This document shows, piece after piece, positions 32,327 to 41,443 of a stretch of DNA of 64,000 bases (its first letter is position 1; every line of letters begins with the position of its first letter). The notes beneath the pieces are model-generated. The model saw only the letters and a program-made list of their open reading frames with translations. It was not told the DNA's origin and made no database searches. Source of the stretch: Oleiphilaceae bacterium (lineage in GTDB: Bacteria; Pseudomonadota; Gammaproteobacteria; Pseudomonadales; Oleiphilaceae); contig JAWUYI010000074.1 of NCBI GenBank assembly GCA_034110885.1, positions 405 through 64,404 of the forward strand. Direction: 5' to 3'. Made by a program: the position numbers and the translations under genes.

Positions 32327-33310
32327 CTAAATTGGTTCAATTTCGTTGATGTGCCGGCGAACCGCTAGCCAAGCTCCAAACCAACCTAAAACTGCGCCAA
32401 GAAACAGGATCAAAAAGGTTGATTCAAAGCTTAGACCGCTTAGCCGGAACGAGCTTTGATAAGAAATAGCGAGACTCTCAATGGGCCCGCCTAGAATCCA
32501 AAGAACAACAGAGCACAGTACGATAGCGACCAAGCCGCCACCGAGGCCAAAGAAGATACCCATATATAGAAAGGGGCGGCATACAAAAGCATCGGTGCCT
32601 CCAACTAACTTTAAAACCGCAATCTCATCTTTTTTATTTTCGATCGCTAAGCGCACGGTATTGCCAAGAATAAGGATCACTGCGAATCCAAGCATTAGGG
32701 CTAGTAGCCAGGTGCTGCGTTCGAGAAAGCCGCTAATTGATCGAAGTCTTTGTACCCACATCACATCTAGTTGGATTTGATCAACGATTTTGTGAACTCC
32801 TAGTCTGTCTCTTAATTGCTCTGCGTCTTCGAGAGTCATGACTTCGGAGCTAGGCTTAACGACAATGCTATGCGGAAGAGGGTTTCTATCTAGGTGCTCT
32901 AAGGTCTTGGAGAGTTTAAATAGCGCTTTAAACTCTTCCAAGGCTGCGTCTTTGTCTATGAATGCAGCCTCTGCGATGGAGGACTCAGCTTCCAAGGTTT
33001 TTATCAGTTCATGCGCTTTTATAGTGGAGGTGTTTTGATCTAGGAATAATGTGATCTGAGCTGAGCCATCCCAATCTAAGTCGGCACTGTAAATATTAAG
33101 GAGAAGTATCCCTAGTAGAGTGGGCAACAGAATCGCTATTCCTATGACTGAACAAGTGAAAAACGATGCTACGGGTCTTGCTTTCTGCTCTTCTAGAGTG
33201 TGGCGCAAAGACTTTAAGTGGTTGCCAAAATAGCTACCTAGTAAAGGCTTTTTAGTGTCCATTTGCGCACCACTCTTTGATGCCCTTGTTTTCTGATTCT
33301 TTGTTTTCAT
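32327..33310 (-). CDS. ftsX: cell division ABC transporter permease FtsX
   Basis: ORF track, 327 aa. TM1, periplasmic domain and three C-terminal TM segments. The start overlaps the ftsE stop. Confidence 0.92.
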   Translation of the reverse strand: MKTKNQKTRASKSGAQMDTKKPLLGSYFGNHLKSLRHTLEEQKARPVASFFTCSVIGIAILLPTLLGILLLNIYSADLDWDGSAQITLFLDQNTSTIKAHELIKTLEAESSIAEAAFIDKDAALEEFKALFKLSKTLEHLDRNPLPHSIVVKPSSEVMTLEDAEQLRDRLGVHKIVDQIQLDVMWVQRLRSISGFLERSTWLLALMLGFAVILILGNTVRLAIENKKDEIAVLKLVGGTDAFVCRPFLYMGIFFGLGGGLVAIVLCSVVLWILGGPIESLAISYQSSFRLSGLSFESTFLILFLGAVLGWFGAWLAVRRHINEIEPI

Positions 33311-34002
33311 TACAGCGCCGCGCTTTCAGTGACGTTATTGCCAGATACGATATGTCCTTGGCTAAGTTCGATAACGCGAAAAGGCATTGTCGAAATGAGT
33401 TCTAAGTCGTGGCTAGCGATTAGCACTGTAACGCCGACCTGATTAAACTGAGAGAACAGCTTCATAATCTCTGCAGAGAGCTCGGGATCTAGGTTTCCGG
33501 TTGGTTCGTCTGCCAAAAGAATAGGTGGTTTGTTTACTACGGCTCTAGCGATACCAACCCGTTGTTGCTCTCCACCCGACAACTGGATAGGGGTGAGTTT
33601 TTCTTTGTTCAGTAAGCCTACTTTATCGAGAGCCGCACGCACTCGCTTCGCAATCTCTCTTGGATGGGTTCCTGATACTTCAAGAGCAATCGCAACGTTA
33701 TCAAACACGGTACGATCGAATAAAAGCCGATGATCTTGAAATACGACGCCGGCATGTCTGCGAAAATATGGAATTTGTCGGCGAGGAATACGTGCTAAGT
33801 TTTGATTCCCAACGGTGATTTGGCCACGACTAGCGCGCTCCATTAGCATGATTAGTTTTAATAGGGTGCTTTTTCCTGCGCCAGAATGACCTGTCAAAAA
33901 AGACATTTCACCCCGTTGCATGGAAAAAGAAACATTCCGCAAAGCCTCATGACCATCTGCGTAACGCTTGCCTACATTAATGAACTGAATCATGTCACTC
34001 AT
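33310..34002 (-). CDS. ftsE: cell division ATP-binding protein FtsE
   Basis: ORF track, 230 aa. Walker A GHSGAGKST, signature LSGGEQQR, Walker B ILLADEPTGNLD. Confidence 0.96.
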   Translation of the reverse strand: MSDMIQFINVGKRYADGHEALRNVSFSMQRGEMSFLTGHSGAGKSTLLKLIMLMERASRGQITVGNQNLARIPRRQIPYFRRHAGVVFQDHRLLFDRTVFDNVAIALEVSGTHPREIAKRVRAALDKVGLLNKEKLTPIQLSGGEQQRVGIARAVVNKPPILLADEPTGNLDPELSAEIMKLFSQFNQVGVTVLIASHDLELISTMPFRVIELSQGHIVSGNNVTESAAL

Positions 34003-34005
34003 GCG

Positions 34006-35163
34006 TTATTTGGCTTCCGCTGGTGCATCAAATAAGGCTTCAATAAACTCATTGGAATCAAAAGGTCTTAAATCATCGATCTGCTCGCCAATGCCGATGA
34101 AGCGAATGGGCAGGGCTAGTTGTTTAGCTATTGCGAAGATAATGCCGCCTTTTGCCGTGCCGTCTAGCTTGGTTAGGCTAATGCCTGTTACGCCTACTAC
34201 TTTCTGGAAAGTCTGCGCTTGGCTTAAAGCGTTTTGCCCTGTTCCAGCATCAAGAACGAGCATGACTTCATGAGGGGCGCTTTCATCAAGTTTTCGCATG
34301 ACGCGAACGACTTTTTCAAGCTCGCTCATTAAGTTATCTTTGTTCTGCAAACGGCCTGCGGTATCAGCAATGACAATATCAATGTTCTTGGACTTTGCAG
34401 ATTCAACGGCATCGTAAATAACCGAAGCGCTATCGGCGCCAGTATGCTGAGCGACAACGGGGACTTGGTTTCGATCACCCCAAACCTGCAGTTGCTCAAC
34501 TGCTGCGGCTCTAAACGTATCTCCAGCGGCCAACATTACGGAATGCCCTTGGCTTTGGAAGCGCTTTGCCATTTTTCCGATGGTCGTCGTTTTACCTACA
34601 CCGTTAACACCCACGACTAAGATGACGTACGGAGAGCGACTAGTGTCGATCTCTAGCGGTGCTTGGCCTTGTATAAGCAGGTCGTTTAGTTCCGATTTTA
34701 AGCTGGCATATACGGCCTCGGAACTTTTGAGTTCATTACGCTTGGATTTTTCTGTAATGTTTTGAATAACTTGAGTGCATGCTTCAACGCCGATGTCGGC
34801 CATTAATAGTTGTGTTTCTATATCTTCAAGTAACTCGTCATCAATCTCTTTTTTACCAAGAATAATTTGGCTTAAGCCTTCACTTAGTTGCCCTCTAGTG
34901 CGATTTAAGCCTGTTACAATGCGGGAAAAGAAATTAGTCTCTTGAACTTCTTGAACTTCTTGAACTTCTTGAACTTCTTGAACTTCTTGAACTTCTTGAA
35001 TAGCCTCTTTACTGACAGGTAATACGGAAGTTTCGGGTTTTTCTCGAGTTACCTTAGCAAAAGATGTTTGCTGACTTTTGTGTTTGCGAGAATTGAGGTC
35101 AAGGAAAAACAGGATCAGTATGAATGCACTGACAGCTAAACCAAAAATAACTTGAGTATCCAT
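34006..35163 (-). CDS. ftsY: signal recognition particle receptor FtsY
   Basis: ORF track, 385 aa. N-terminal TM segment plus acidic region, and an NG domain with GVNGVGKTTTIGK, DTAGR and TKLDG. Confidence 0.96.
   Translation of the reverse strand: MDTQVIFGLAVSAFILILFFLDLNSRKHKSQQTSFAKVTREKPETSVLPVSKEAIQEVQEVQEVQEVQEVQEVQETNFFSRIVTGLNRTRGQLSEGLSQIILGKKEIDDELLEDIETQLLMADIGVEACTQVIQNITEKSKRNELKSSEAVYASLKSELNDLLIQGQAPLEIDTSRSPYVILVVGVNGVGKTTTIGKMAKRFQSQGHSVMLAAGDTFRAAAVEQLQVWGDRNQVPVVAQHTGADSASVIYDAVESAKSKNIDIVIADTAGRLQNKDNLMSELEKVVRVMRKLDESAPHEVMLVLDAGTGQNALSQAQTFQKVVGVTGISLTKLDGTAKGGIIFAIAKQLALPIRFIGIGEQIDDLRPFDSNEFIEALFDAPAEAK
34945..34998. repeat. perfect 9-bp tandem repeat x6 (AACTTCTTG; encodes QEV x6 in FtsY)
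   Basis: Six exact copies, counted at 34945, 34954, 34963, 34972, 34981 and 34990. A degenerate seventh copy at 34936-34944 encodes QET. Confidence 0.95.
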
Positions 35164-35312
35164 GAAAGGCCTTTATAAACGAGTGTGCCGGTTTTATTTG
35201 ATTATAAGGTGTAAATCCGAGACAAGGGATTGATACATATTATGACTGCCATACAATACCAGTATCTTTCCAATATGTGTGCAGTAATTAAAGCAAATAG
35301 GACTAAAATTTA

Positions 35313-35918
35313 ATGGTTGGACGAGTTAAAAAAAACCGGTCGAATGAAAAATCTAGTTTAGGTAGTTTTCGTGTGATAGGTGGCGAATTTAGAAGTCGGC
35401 GGTTGAACTTTCCGGATTTGCCAGGCTTGCGACCAACGACAGATCGGGTGAAAGAGACTGTTTTTAACTGGCTGTCTTGGAAGGTTGAGGGTGCTCGTGT
35501 GTTAGATGTGTTTGCCGGAAGTGGCTCGCTAGGCTTTGAAGCGGCTTCGCGTGGTGCGAACTTTGTCCAGTTTATTGACGCCTCAAAGGAAGCAACGCGC
35601 TATCTTGGTACTAACGTTGATTTGTTGGGAGCAAATGCATCTGTCTTGCAAGCTGACGCGCTCTCTTGGATAGCCAATTATAGTGGTGAGCCATTTGATG
35701 TCGTGTTTTTAGACCCGCCATTTCGAAAGGGGTTATTGTCTGAAGTGATGGAGTTGCTGGCAGGCTCTTCTTTATTAAGTCGCGAAGCTCTTATCTATGT
35801 TGAATCAGAAAAAGAGCTTGGACTTATAAATTTGCCGAGTGCTTGGCGAGAATTAAAGCAAAAGAAAGCCGGGCAAGTAGCTTACTATCTGTATGCAGCT
35901 AATGGTGTTAGCGAATAA
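35313..35918 (+). CDS. rsmD: 16S rRNA (guanine966-N2)-methyltransferase RsmD
   Basis: ORF track, 201 aa. VIGGEFRSRRLNFPDLPGLRPTTDRVKETVFNWL, LDVFAGSGSLGFEA and FLDPPF. Divergent from ftsY as in E. coli. Confidence 0.92.
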   Translation: MVGRVKKNRSNEKSSLGSFRVIGGEFRSRRLNFPDLPGLRPTTDRVKETVFNWLSWKVEGARVLDVFAGSGSLGFEAASRGANFVQFIDASKEATRYLGTNVDLLGANASVLQADALSWIANYSGEPFDVVFLDPPFRKGLLSEVMELLAGSSLLSREALIYVESEKELGLINLPSAWRELKQKKAGQVAYYLYAANGVSE

Positions 35919-37090
35919 CCCCGTAAGCTTTGTGCAAACTCTTCAAGGCATTCAATGCCGCTTTGCTCTGCCTGTCGGCACCATTCACTTAATTCTTGCA
36001 GCTTTTCTTGAAAACGGCTTCCTGGGTGACGTTTCCAAATTTCTTGCAGCTCTTGGCTTTTTTCGTAGATCGTACGAATAATAGCGTTGTGCTCAAGCAT
36101 TACTTCAATTTTGTCTGATTCGTTTTCTTTGACTAACACAGGTTCTTTTTTGAGTAGGCGCTTTGCTTTCTTGAACATTGCTCTTTCGTGCGCCTGCATC
36201 TTAGCTTTCTGCTCTTTTATTGTCGGTATCATCACATTGCGATGATACTCAGACAAAATATGAAAGCGGTTGTGGACGATTGCCATAAGTGCGTCTTTGT
36301 CTAACTCGGTTTTGTCCGCGACAGTTTGAGGAACAGGTGCAATATTTCTTGCTTTGGCCAAACCAAAAAAGCTAAAAATGCAGATCCACATCCAACCAAT
36401 ATCAAATTCCCAAGGCTTTACTGACAGTTTTGCTGAATTTGGATATGTATGGTGATTGTTGTGAAGTTCTTCGCCTCCAATTAACAAGCCCCATGGTGAA
36501 ATGTTGGTTGCTGCATCTTTGCACTCAAAATTTCTATATCCCCACCAATGACCAAGACCGTTAATAACGCCGGCAGCGAAGAAGGGAATCCAAATCATTT
36601 GCACTGCCCAGACTGTAATACCTGCAACGCCAAACAAAAGGACATCGATTAAACCCATTAAAGCGATGCCGCTGAGTTTATAGTGTGAGTAGATATTTTT
36701 TTCGACCCAATCATCGGGAGTTCTTTGTCCAAAGCGGCGCAATGTTTCTTCGTTTTTAGCTTCATCTCGATAAAGCTCAGCACCTTGCCAGAAAACCGTC
36801 TTAATGCCTTTGACTACCGGGCTATGAGGGTCGTCTTTGGTTTCACATTTAGCGTGGTGCTTGCGATGTATTGCCGTCCATTCTTTTGTATTGGTGCCGG
36901 TAGCAAGCCAAAGCCAAAAGCGGAAAAAATGCTTAAGAACTGGGTGGAGGTCCAAAGAATTGTGGGCTGAATGGCGATGTAGATATAAGGTAACGCTCAC
37001 AATAGTTATTTGCGTAAGAACAAGCGTTGCGACAACTTTTTGCCAAACGCTCAGGTCAAGAAGCCCGTTAATCCACCAATCAAAACTCAT
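35885..37090 (-). CDS. membrane acyl-CoA/phospholipid delta-9 fatty acid desaturase (DesA-like)
   Basis: ORF track, 401 aa. Three His boxes: HRHSAH, HRKHHAKCETKDDPHSP and HNNHHTYP. Confidence 0.85.
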   Translation of the reverse strand: MSFDWWINGLLDLSVWQKVVATLVLTQITIVSVTLYLHRHSAHNSLDLHPVLKHFFRFWLWLATGTNTKEWTAIHRKHHAKCETKDDPHSPVVKGIKTVFWQGAELYRDEAKNEETLRRFGQRTPDDWVEKNIYSHYKLSGIALMGLIDVLLFGVAGITVWAVQMIWIPFFAAGVINGLGHWWGYRNFECKDAATNISPWGLLIGGEELHNNHHTYPNSAKLSVKPWEFDIGWMWICIFSFFGLAKARNIAPVPQTVADKTELDKDALMAIVHNRFHILSEYHRNVMIPTIKEQKAKMQAHERAMFKKAKRLLKKEPVLVKENESDKIEVMLEHNAIIRTIYEKSQELQEIWKRHPGSRFQEKLQELSEWCRQAEQSGIECLEEFAQSLRGYSLTPLAAYR

Positions 37091-37112
37091 AATACTCGCA
37101 CTCTAGTCTTCT

Positions 37113-37142
37113 AATCAAAATTGCGCTTACACGCGTAAGCGC
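37113..37142 (-). terminator. putative terminator after the hydantoinase-family gene
   Basis: GCGCTTAC (37123-37130) pairs with GTAAGCGC (37135-37142) around a 4-nt loop. On the minus strand it is followed by AATTTTGATT, a weak T tract. Confidence 0.45.
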
Positions 37143-37155
37143 TAATCATAGCAAA

Positions 37156-39129
37156 TCAAACCTTGTTTAACAGTAGATTTCCGTAAGCATCACTTACACA
37201 CTTCCAGCCAGCGGCTAGCCAAGTTGTCGATTCTCTTTCAGAAATGATCGCAGGCCCCATGACTGCTCGGTTCATGCTCAGTGTTTCTCGATTGTAGTGT
37301 TGGATGTCGTTTCTGGAAGATATGTTTAAAGGTTCGTTAGCGCTATTGTTGGTTCCAACTGCGGGTAAGGTAGTAATTGCTTCTGGGCCTCGAGCGGCCA
37401 AATTTAAATTTACGGCTTCAACGGGCTTATTCAACCTATGCCCAAATCTGCGTTCATGTTCCGCCTCGAACTTGTCATTTGAATTTTTGGCGAAGGGTAC
37501 ATTTATGGTGTAGCTTTGCCCGATATACCGCAGTTCTATGTGCTGTTCAAACCGTAAATTAGTTTGTTGAGATACAGGTAAGGAACTTAATAGGTTACTT
37601 TCAAGCTCTGTGAATCTTTGTTCGATCAAGGCGATTGTTTGCTGATTAAATTCAAGTACGAAACTATGGGTGATGAAACGCAGCTGTGGTGCCGAAAGCA
37701 TGCCGAAAGCAGAGAGCACGCCAGAGTTTTTGGGTACGATAGCTTTGCTCATTTTTAGTCTGTCTGCGAGTGCACATACATGCATGCCACCTGCTCCGCC
37801 AAAGCAACACAGGGTGAATTGTTTGGGCGAGTAGCCTTGCTTCACTGAAATGTTGTGCAGAGCTTCTCCCATTTGCTCTTCTGCAATACGTATAATCCCT
37901 TGAGCGGTTTCTTGTATTCCTAAACCGAGAGTCCGTCCTAGTTCTGCTATAGATGTCTGTGCGGCTTGAATGTCTAATTTCATATGCCCGGCTAAGCTAG
38001 GAGACTCTCCTAAACGTCCAAGAACGAAATTTGCATCAGTGACCGTTGGGCGAATGCCTCCGAGGCCATAGCATGCGGGCCCAGGGTTTGATCCCGCCGA
38101 TTCGGGGCCTATATGGAGCATGCCAGCTTCGTCTACCCATGCAATGGAACCGCCACCGGCGCCGATTGTATCCATTTCCAGCATGGGAACAGCTACAGGC
38201 CAGTGCTTGATGCGACCTTCATTGCTTAGATGGAAATCTTTATCCATTAGGGCAACGTCTGTACTCGTACCACCCATATCAAAGCTTAATATTTGAGTGA
38301 TATGGGTTGTTTTTCCAATAAGCCGAACAGCTGAAAGTCCGCCCGCAGGGCCAGAAAGCAAGAGGTTCACGGCGCGCTGTGCAGCTTCTCCAATGCTAAT
38401 GATACCTCCTGAAGATTGCATAACCGAGACATGGCATCTTCCAAGTTGCTCTTGCAGGGAGTTCATATAAGCCTGCACTCTAGGTCCTAATGACGCGTTA
38501 AGCCACGTAGCAATGCCTCTTTCGTATTCTTTATAAACGGGCAATACAAAAGAAGAGCGAGAGACGAAATATTTACCAGTTAAGGCATCTTCTAGAGCTC
38601 TTTCATCTTCATCATTGAGAAATGAGAAAAGCAAATTAATCGCTATAGCTTCGGGTTTCAGTTCAGCGATTTTTTCAGTAATGCGTTTAATTTCTTCTGG
38701 CGTCAGAGTTTTGAGCGGTTTGCCTTTAAAGTCGCGTCGACAATCGACTTCGATGCATAGTTCGCTAGGAACAGGCGGCTCGATGCGTTTAGGCTTTAAG
38801 TTATACAGCTCTTGTCTGGCTTGTCTGCCTATCGTAAGCAGGTCTTTAAAGCCTTTGTTGCCGATATAGAGGGTTTTAGCGCCTTTACCCTCAAGTGCTG
38901 CATTTGTCGCGACGGTACTGCCGTGCACTATGTTTAGCGACCCATCTTCTAAACTGCATAATAAATTGAGCTCTTTAATGCCTTGCATGATAGCGTTGGC
39001 AGGGTTTTCGGGAGTAGAGAGCACTTTATGTGTGCTGCTGTTTATGCCGTCTAGCAACACAAAATCAGTAAAGGTGCCGCCGGCATCGATACCAAGATAT
39101 TTGATCTGTTTGTTAGTAATCGAAGACAA
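37156..39129 (-). CDS. hydantoinase/oxoprolinase family protein (HyuA-type subunit)
   Basis: ORF track, 657 aa. N-terminal ASKHA-type phosphate-1 motif YLGIDAGGTFTDFVLL, later FDMGGTSTDV and GAGGGS. Apparent TTG start with GGGAG 6 nt upstream. Confidence 0.8.
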   Translation of the reverse strand: MSSITNKQIKYLGIDAGGTFTDFVLLDGINSSTHKVLSTPENPANAIMQGIKELNLLCSLEDGSLNIVHGSTVATNAALEGKGAKTLYIGNKGFKDLLTIGRQARQELYNLKPKRIEPPVPSELCIEVDCRRDFKGKPLKTLTPEEIKRITEKIAELKPEAIAINLLFSFLNDEDERALEDALTGKYFVSRSSFVLPVYKEYERGIATWLNASLGPRVQAYMNSLQEQLGRCHVSVMQSSGGIISIGEAAQRAVNLLLSGPAGGLSAVRLIGKTTHITQILSFDMGGTSTDVALMDKDFHLSNEGRIKHWPVAVPMLEMDTIGAGGGSIAWVDEAGMLHIGPESAGSNPGPACYGLGGIRPTVTDANFVLGRLGESPSLAGHMKLDIQAAQTSIAELGRTLGLGIQETAQGIIRIAEEQMGEALHNISVKQGYSPKQFTLCCFGGAGGMHVCALADRLKMSKAIVPKNSGVLSAFGMLSAPQLRFITHSFVLEFNQQTIALIEQRFTELESNLLSSLPVSQQTNLRFEQHIELRYIGQSYTINVPFAKNSNDKFEAEHERRFGHRLNKPVEAVNLNLAARGPEAITTLPAVGTNNSANEPLNISSRNDIQHYNRETLSMNRAVMGPAIISERESTTWLAAGWKCVSDAYGNLLLNKV

Positions 39130-39163
39130 TGATGGCTCCCACCCTATTGCAGAAGGAAAAAGT

Positions 39164-39970
39164 GTGCCGGAGCTTCCAGAGGTAGAAACGACTCGTAGGG
39201 GAATACTACCCTATCTTGAACATCAGACAATTATAAAACTTGAGGTGCGGAACCCAAATTTACGATGGCCCGTGCCGGAATCCTTGAGTCAGATAATGCC
39301 GCAGCGAGTTCAGTCGGTTCAACGTCGGGGCAAATACATTATTATTGAATTGGAGTCAGGCGCGATACTAGTTCATTTAGGTATGTCTGGGAGTATGCGG
39401 GTACTAGATAAGAATGAGTCGATTGGTAAACATGACCATGTCGACTTTGTTATGCAAGACAAGGTTATTCGTTTTAACGACCCTCGAAGATTTGGGTCTG
39501 TTTTATGGTCAGACGAGTGGACCCAGCACTCTCTAATAAGTCATTTGGGCCCAGAGCCGCTGTCGGATTTGTTCTCAGCTGAGTATTTGTATAAAAAATC
39601 GCGTAAGCGTAAAGCGAGTATTAAACAGTTTGTGATGGATAGCCATGTGGTGGTGGGTGTGGGTAATATTTATGCAAATGAGGCTTTGTTTTTCGCAGGC
39701 ATTCACCCATGCCGAGCAGCGGGTCGCATATCACAGCAGCGATATCAAAAGCTTGTTGATGAAATTAAGCGAGTACTTACTTCGGCTATAGCGCAAGGCG
39801 GAACAACATTGAGAGATTTTGTCGGAGGAGATGGAAAGCCGGGCTACTTTCAGCAGAAGCTATTTGTATATGGCCGAGCAGGCCACGAGTGTAAGCGCTG
39901 CAAAAAGCCTTTAGAGGAAGTACGTCAGAATGGCCGTAGCACTGTGTTTTGTGCGATTTGTCAAACTTAG
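39164..39970 (+). CDS. mutM: formamidopyrimidine-DNA glycosylase (Fpg/MutM)
   Basis: The ORF track frame runs 38930..39970. The true start is GTG 39164, which gives the obligatory N-terminus (M)PELPEVETTRRG, with AAGGA upstream. C-terminal zinc finger CKRC..CAIC. Confidence 0.93.
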   Translation: MPELPEVETTRRGILPYLEHQTIIKLEVRNPNLRWPVPESLSQIMPQRVQSVQRRGKYIIIELESGAILVHLGMSGSMRVLDKNESIGKHDHVDFVMQDKVIRFNDPRRFGSVLWSDEWTQHSLISHLGPEPLSDLFSAEYLYKKSRKRKASIKQFVMDSHVVVGVGNIYANEALFFAGIHPCRAAGRISQQRYQKLVDEIKRVLTSAIAQGGTTLRDFVGGDGKPGYFQQKLFVYGRAGHECKRCKKPLEEVRQNGRSTVFCAICQT

Positions 39971-40132
39971 CTGAAAATTATTGTTTATCCCTATGCTTTC
40001 GATTAGACAGCTTCTAGATAAGAGCTATAGTTAAATCATTCACTTAAAGCAAAATGCTAGAAGTATCTTTAAATAGTATCGAATCATAAGTTTGAAACAG
40101 AGATTTGATTGTGCACAGTTGGAGGAGTCTCT

Positions 40133-40474
40133 ATGCACCATAAGTTAAAACAGTTCATTAGCGCAGCATTATTTAGTTTGGTACTGGCCTTGCCTACCAT
40201 AGGACATGCGAATGCTCTTCATGAGACGCCGAGTGCGCTTGCGATGACAGGCGATACAATTTTTGTCCGTCCAGTTATGCTTGTTACTACAATTATTGGC
40301 GCGGGTTTGTTCCTTATTTCTTCTCCATTTTCAGCTTTGGGAGGGAATATTGGTGATTCTTTCGAAGTGTTAGTAGAAGGGCCGTTTGAGACAACGTTCG
40401 TGCGTTGTTTAGGTTGCACGATGAATGGTCGTAAAGCTTCGCAGACTGTAGAACAAGAAGACGAGTCAGAGTAA
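40133..40474 (+). CDS. hypothetical exported/membrane protein
   Basis: The ORF track runs 40109..40474. The ATG at 40133 has GGAGGAG upstream. Signal-like N-terminus MHHKLKQFISAALFSLVLALPTIGHA, a second hydrophobic segment, and an acidic tail. Confidence 0.55.
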   Translation: MHHKLKQFISAALFSLVLALPTIGHANALHETPSALAMTGDTIFVRPVMLVTTIIGAGLFLISSPFSALGGNIGDSFEVLVEGPFETTFVRCLGCTMNGRKASQTVEQEDESE

Positions 40475-40505
40475 AGCTCTACTCTCACTTAGATAGTTAT
40501 TACAA

Positions 40506-40537
40506 ATAAAAAACGCGCTAATTAAGCGCGTTTTTTA
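40506..40537. terminator. bidirectional rho-independent terminator
   Basis: AAAAAACGCGCT / AGCGCGTTTTTT forms a palindrome around a 5-nt loop, with an A-run on one side and a T-run on the other. It lies between convergent genes (40474 end, 40561 end). Confidence 0.8.
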
Positions 40538-40560
40538 TTTGTTTCGATGTTAGTTGGTTA

Positions 40561-41385
40561 TTACTCTTTGAGAGGAATCAAGCTGGCCCACTCAAACTTC
40601 CGGTCTCCTACGGCATGAAAGTACGGGTTCAGCAAGCTATCTTTTTCATTGTATTTGAGAGGTTTCAAGGCTTCATCTAATATCTCTCCACCGGCCGCTC
40701 GCAGCACCGCATGAGCAGCGGCTGTGTCCCATTCGCTGGTGAGAGCCAAACGCGGATACCAATCGGCACTGCCATCAGCACAGGCGCAGATTTTGAGAGA
40801 GCTTCCCATGCTTACAAGTTCAATAGACGGGAATCGGTCTCGAATACTCGCTAGCATTGTGTCGAGCGCTTCAGCGCCATGTCTTCGGCTACCAACAACG
40901 TTTAGCGTCTTATTAAAGGTTAGCGGCACTTTTTGAATTGGCGCTTCATTTTCTTCGGTGCATCTGAAGCTTCCTATGCCAACCCCGCCGTAATAAAGAA
41001 TGTTTTTCACTGGAACGTAAACAAAACCGAGAATTGCCTCACCCTTATCAATGAGTGCGATGTTTACTGTGAACTCCCCATTCTTATTAATGAACTCTTT
41101 TGTGCCGTCTAGCGGATCTACCAACCAGTAGCGAGTCCATGTTTGCCGCTCACTAAAATCAGGAAGGCCGCCTTCCTCAGATAAAACGGGGTATTGGATC
41201 GGAAGGGCGAGCAAGCCTTTTTCGATAACTTTATGCGCAGCGTAATCAGCTTTTGTGACAGGTGAATTATCGTCTTTTTTTTCTACCTCTATCGGCGACG
41301 AGCTATGGTATACCTTGAGTATCGCCTGTCCGGCCTCTTTTACGATTTGAGTTAAAGGTGTGATAAGAGCAGCTAAATCTGACAT
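40561..41385 (-). CDS. cysQ: 3'(2'),5'-bisphosphate nucleotidase CysQ
   Basis: ORF track, 274 aa. Inositol-monophosphatase fold motifs LSEE, WLVDPLDGTKEF and WDTAAAHAVL. Confidence 0.88.
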   Translation of the reverse strand: MSDLAALITPLTQIVKEAGQAILKVYHSSSPIEVEKKDDNSPVTKADYAAHKVIEKGLLALPIQYPVLSEEGGLPDFSERQTWTRYWLVDPLDGTKEFINKNGEFTVNIALIDKGEAILGFVYVPVKNILYYGGVGIGSFRCTEENEAPIQKVPLTFNKTLNVVGSRRHGAEALDTMLASIRDRFPSIELVSMGSSLKICACADGSADWYPRLALTSEWDTAAAHAVLRAAGGEILDEALKPLKYNEKDSLLNPYFHAVGDRKFEWASLIPLKE

Positions 41386-41443
41386 AAGGTCCTTGCTTGG
41401 TTAAACTGTGGCTATCTAAAGCTGACAGAGTATAGAGAGTTTC

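Noticed and set aside
34936-34998. I considered whether the 9-bp repeat array could be a CRISPR-like or regulatory repeat.
   Set aside because: The units are contiguous with no spacers, in frame, and inside ftsY. It is a coding microsatellite.
38930-39163. 78-codon N-terminal extension of the mutM ORF, overlapping the hydantoinase-family gene on the other strand.
   Set aside because: Fpg needs Pro as residue 2 after Met removal. GTG 39164 gives MPELPEVE with a good Shine-Dalgarno sequence. The upstream part is antisense to a well-supported CDS.
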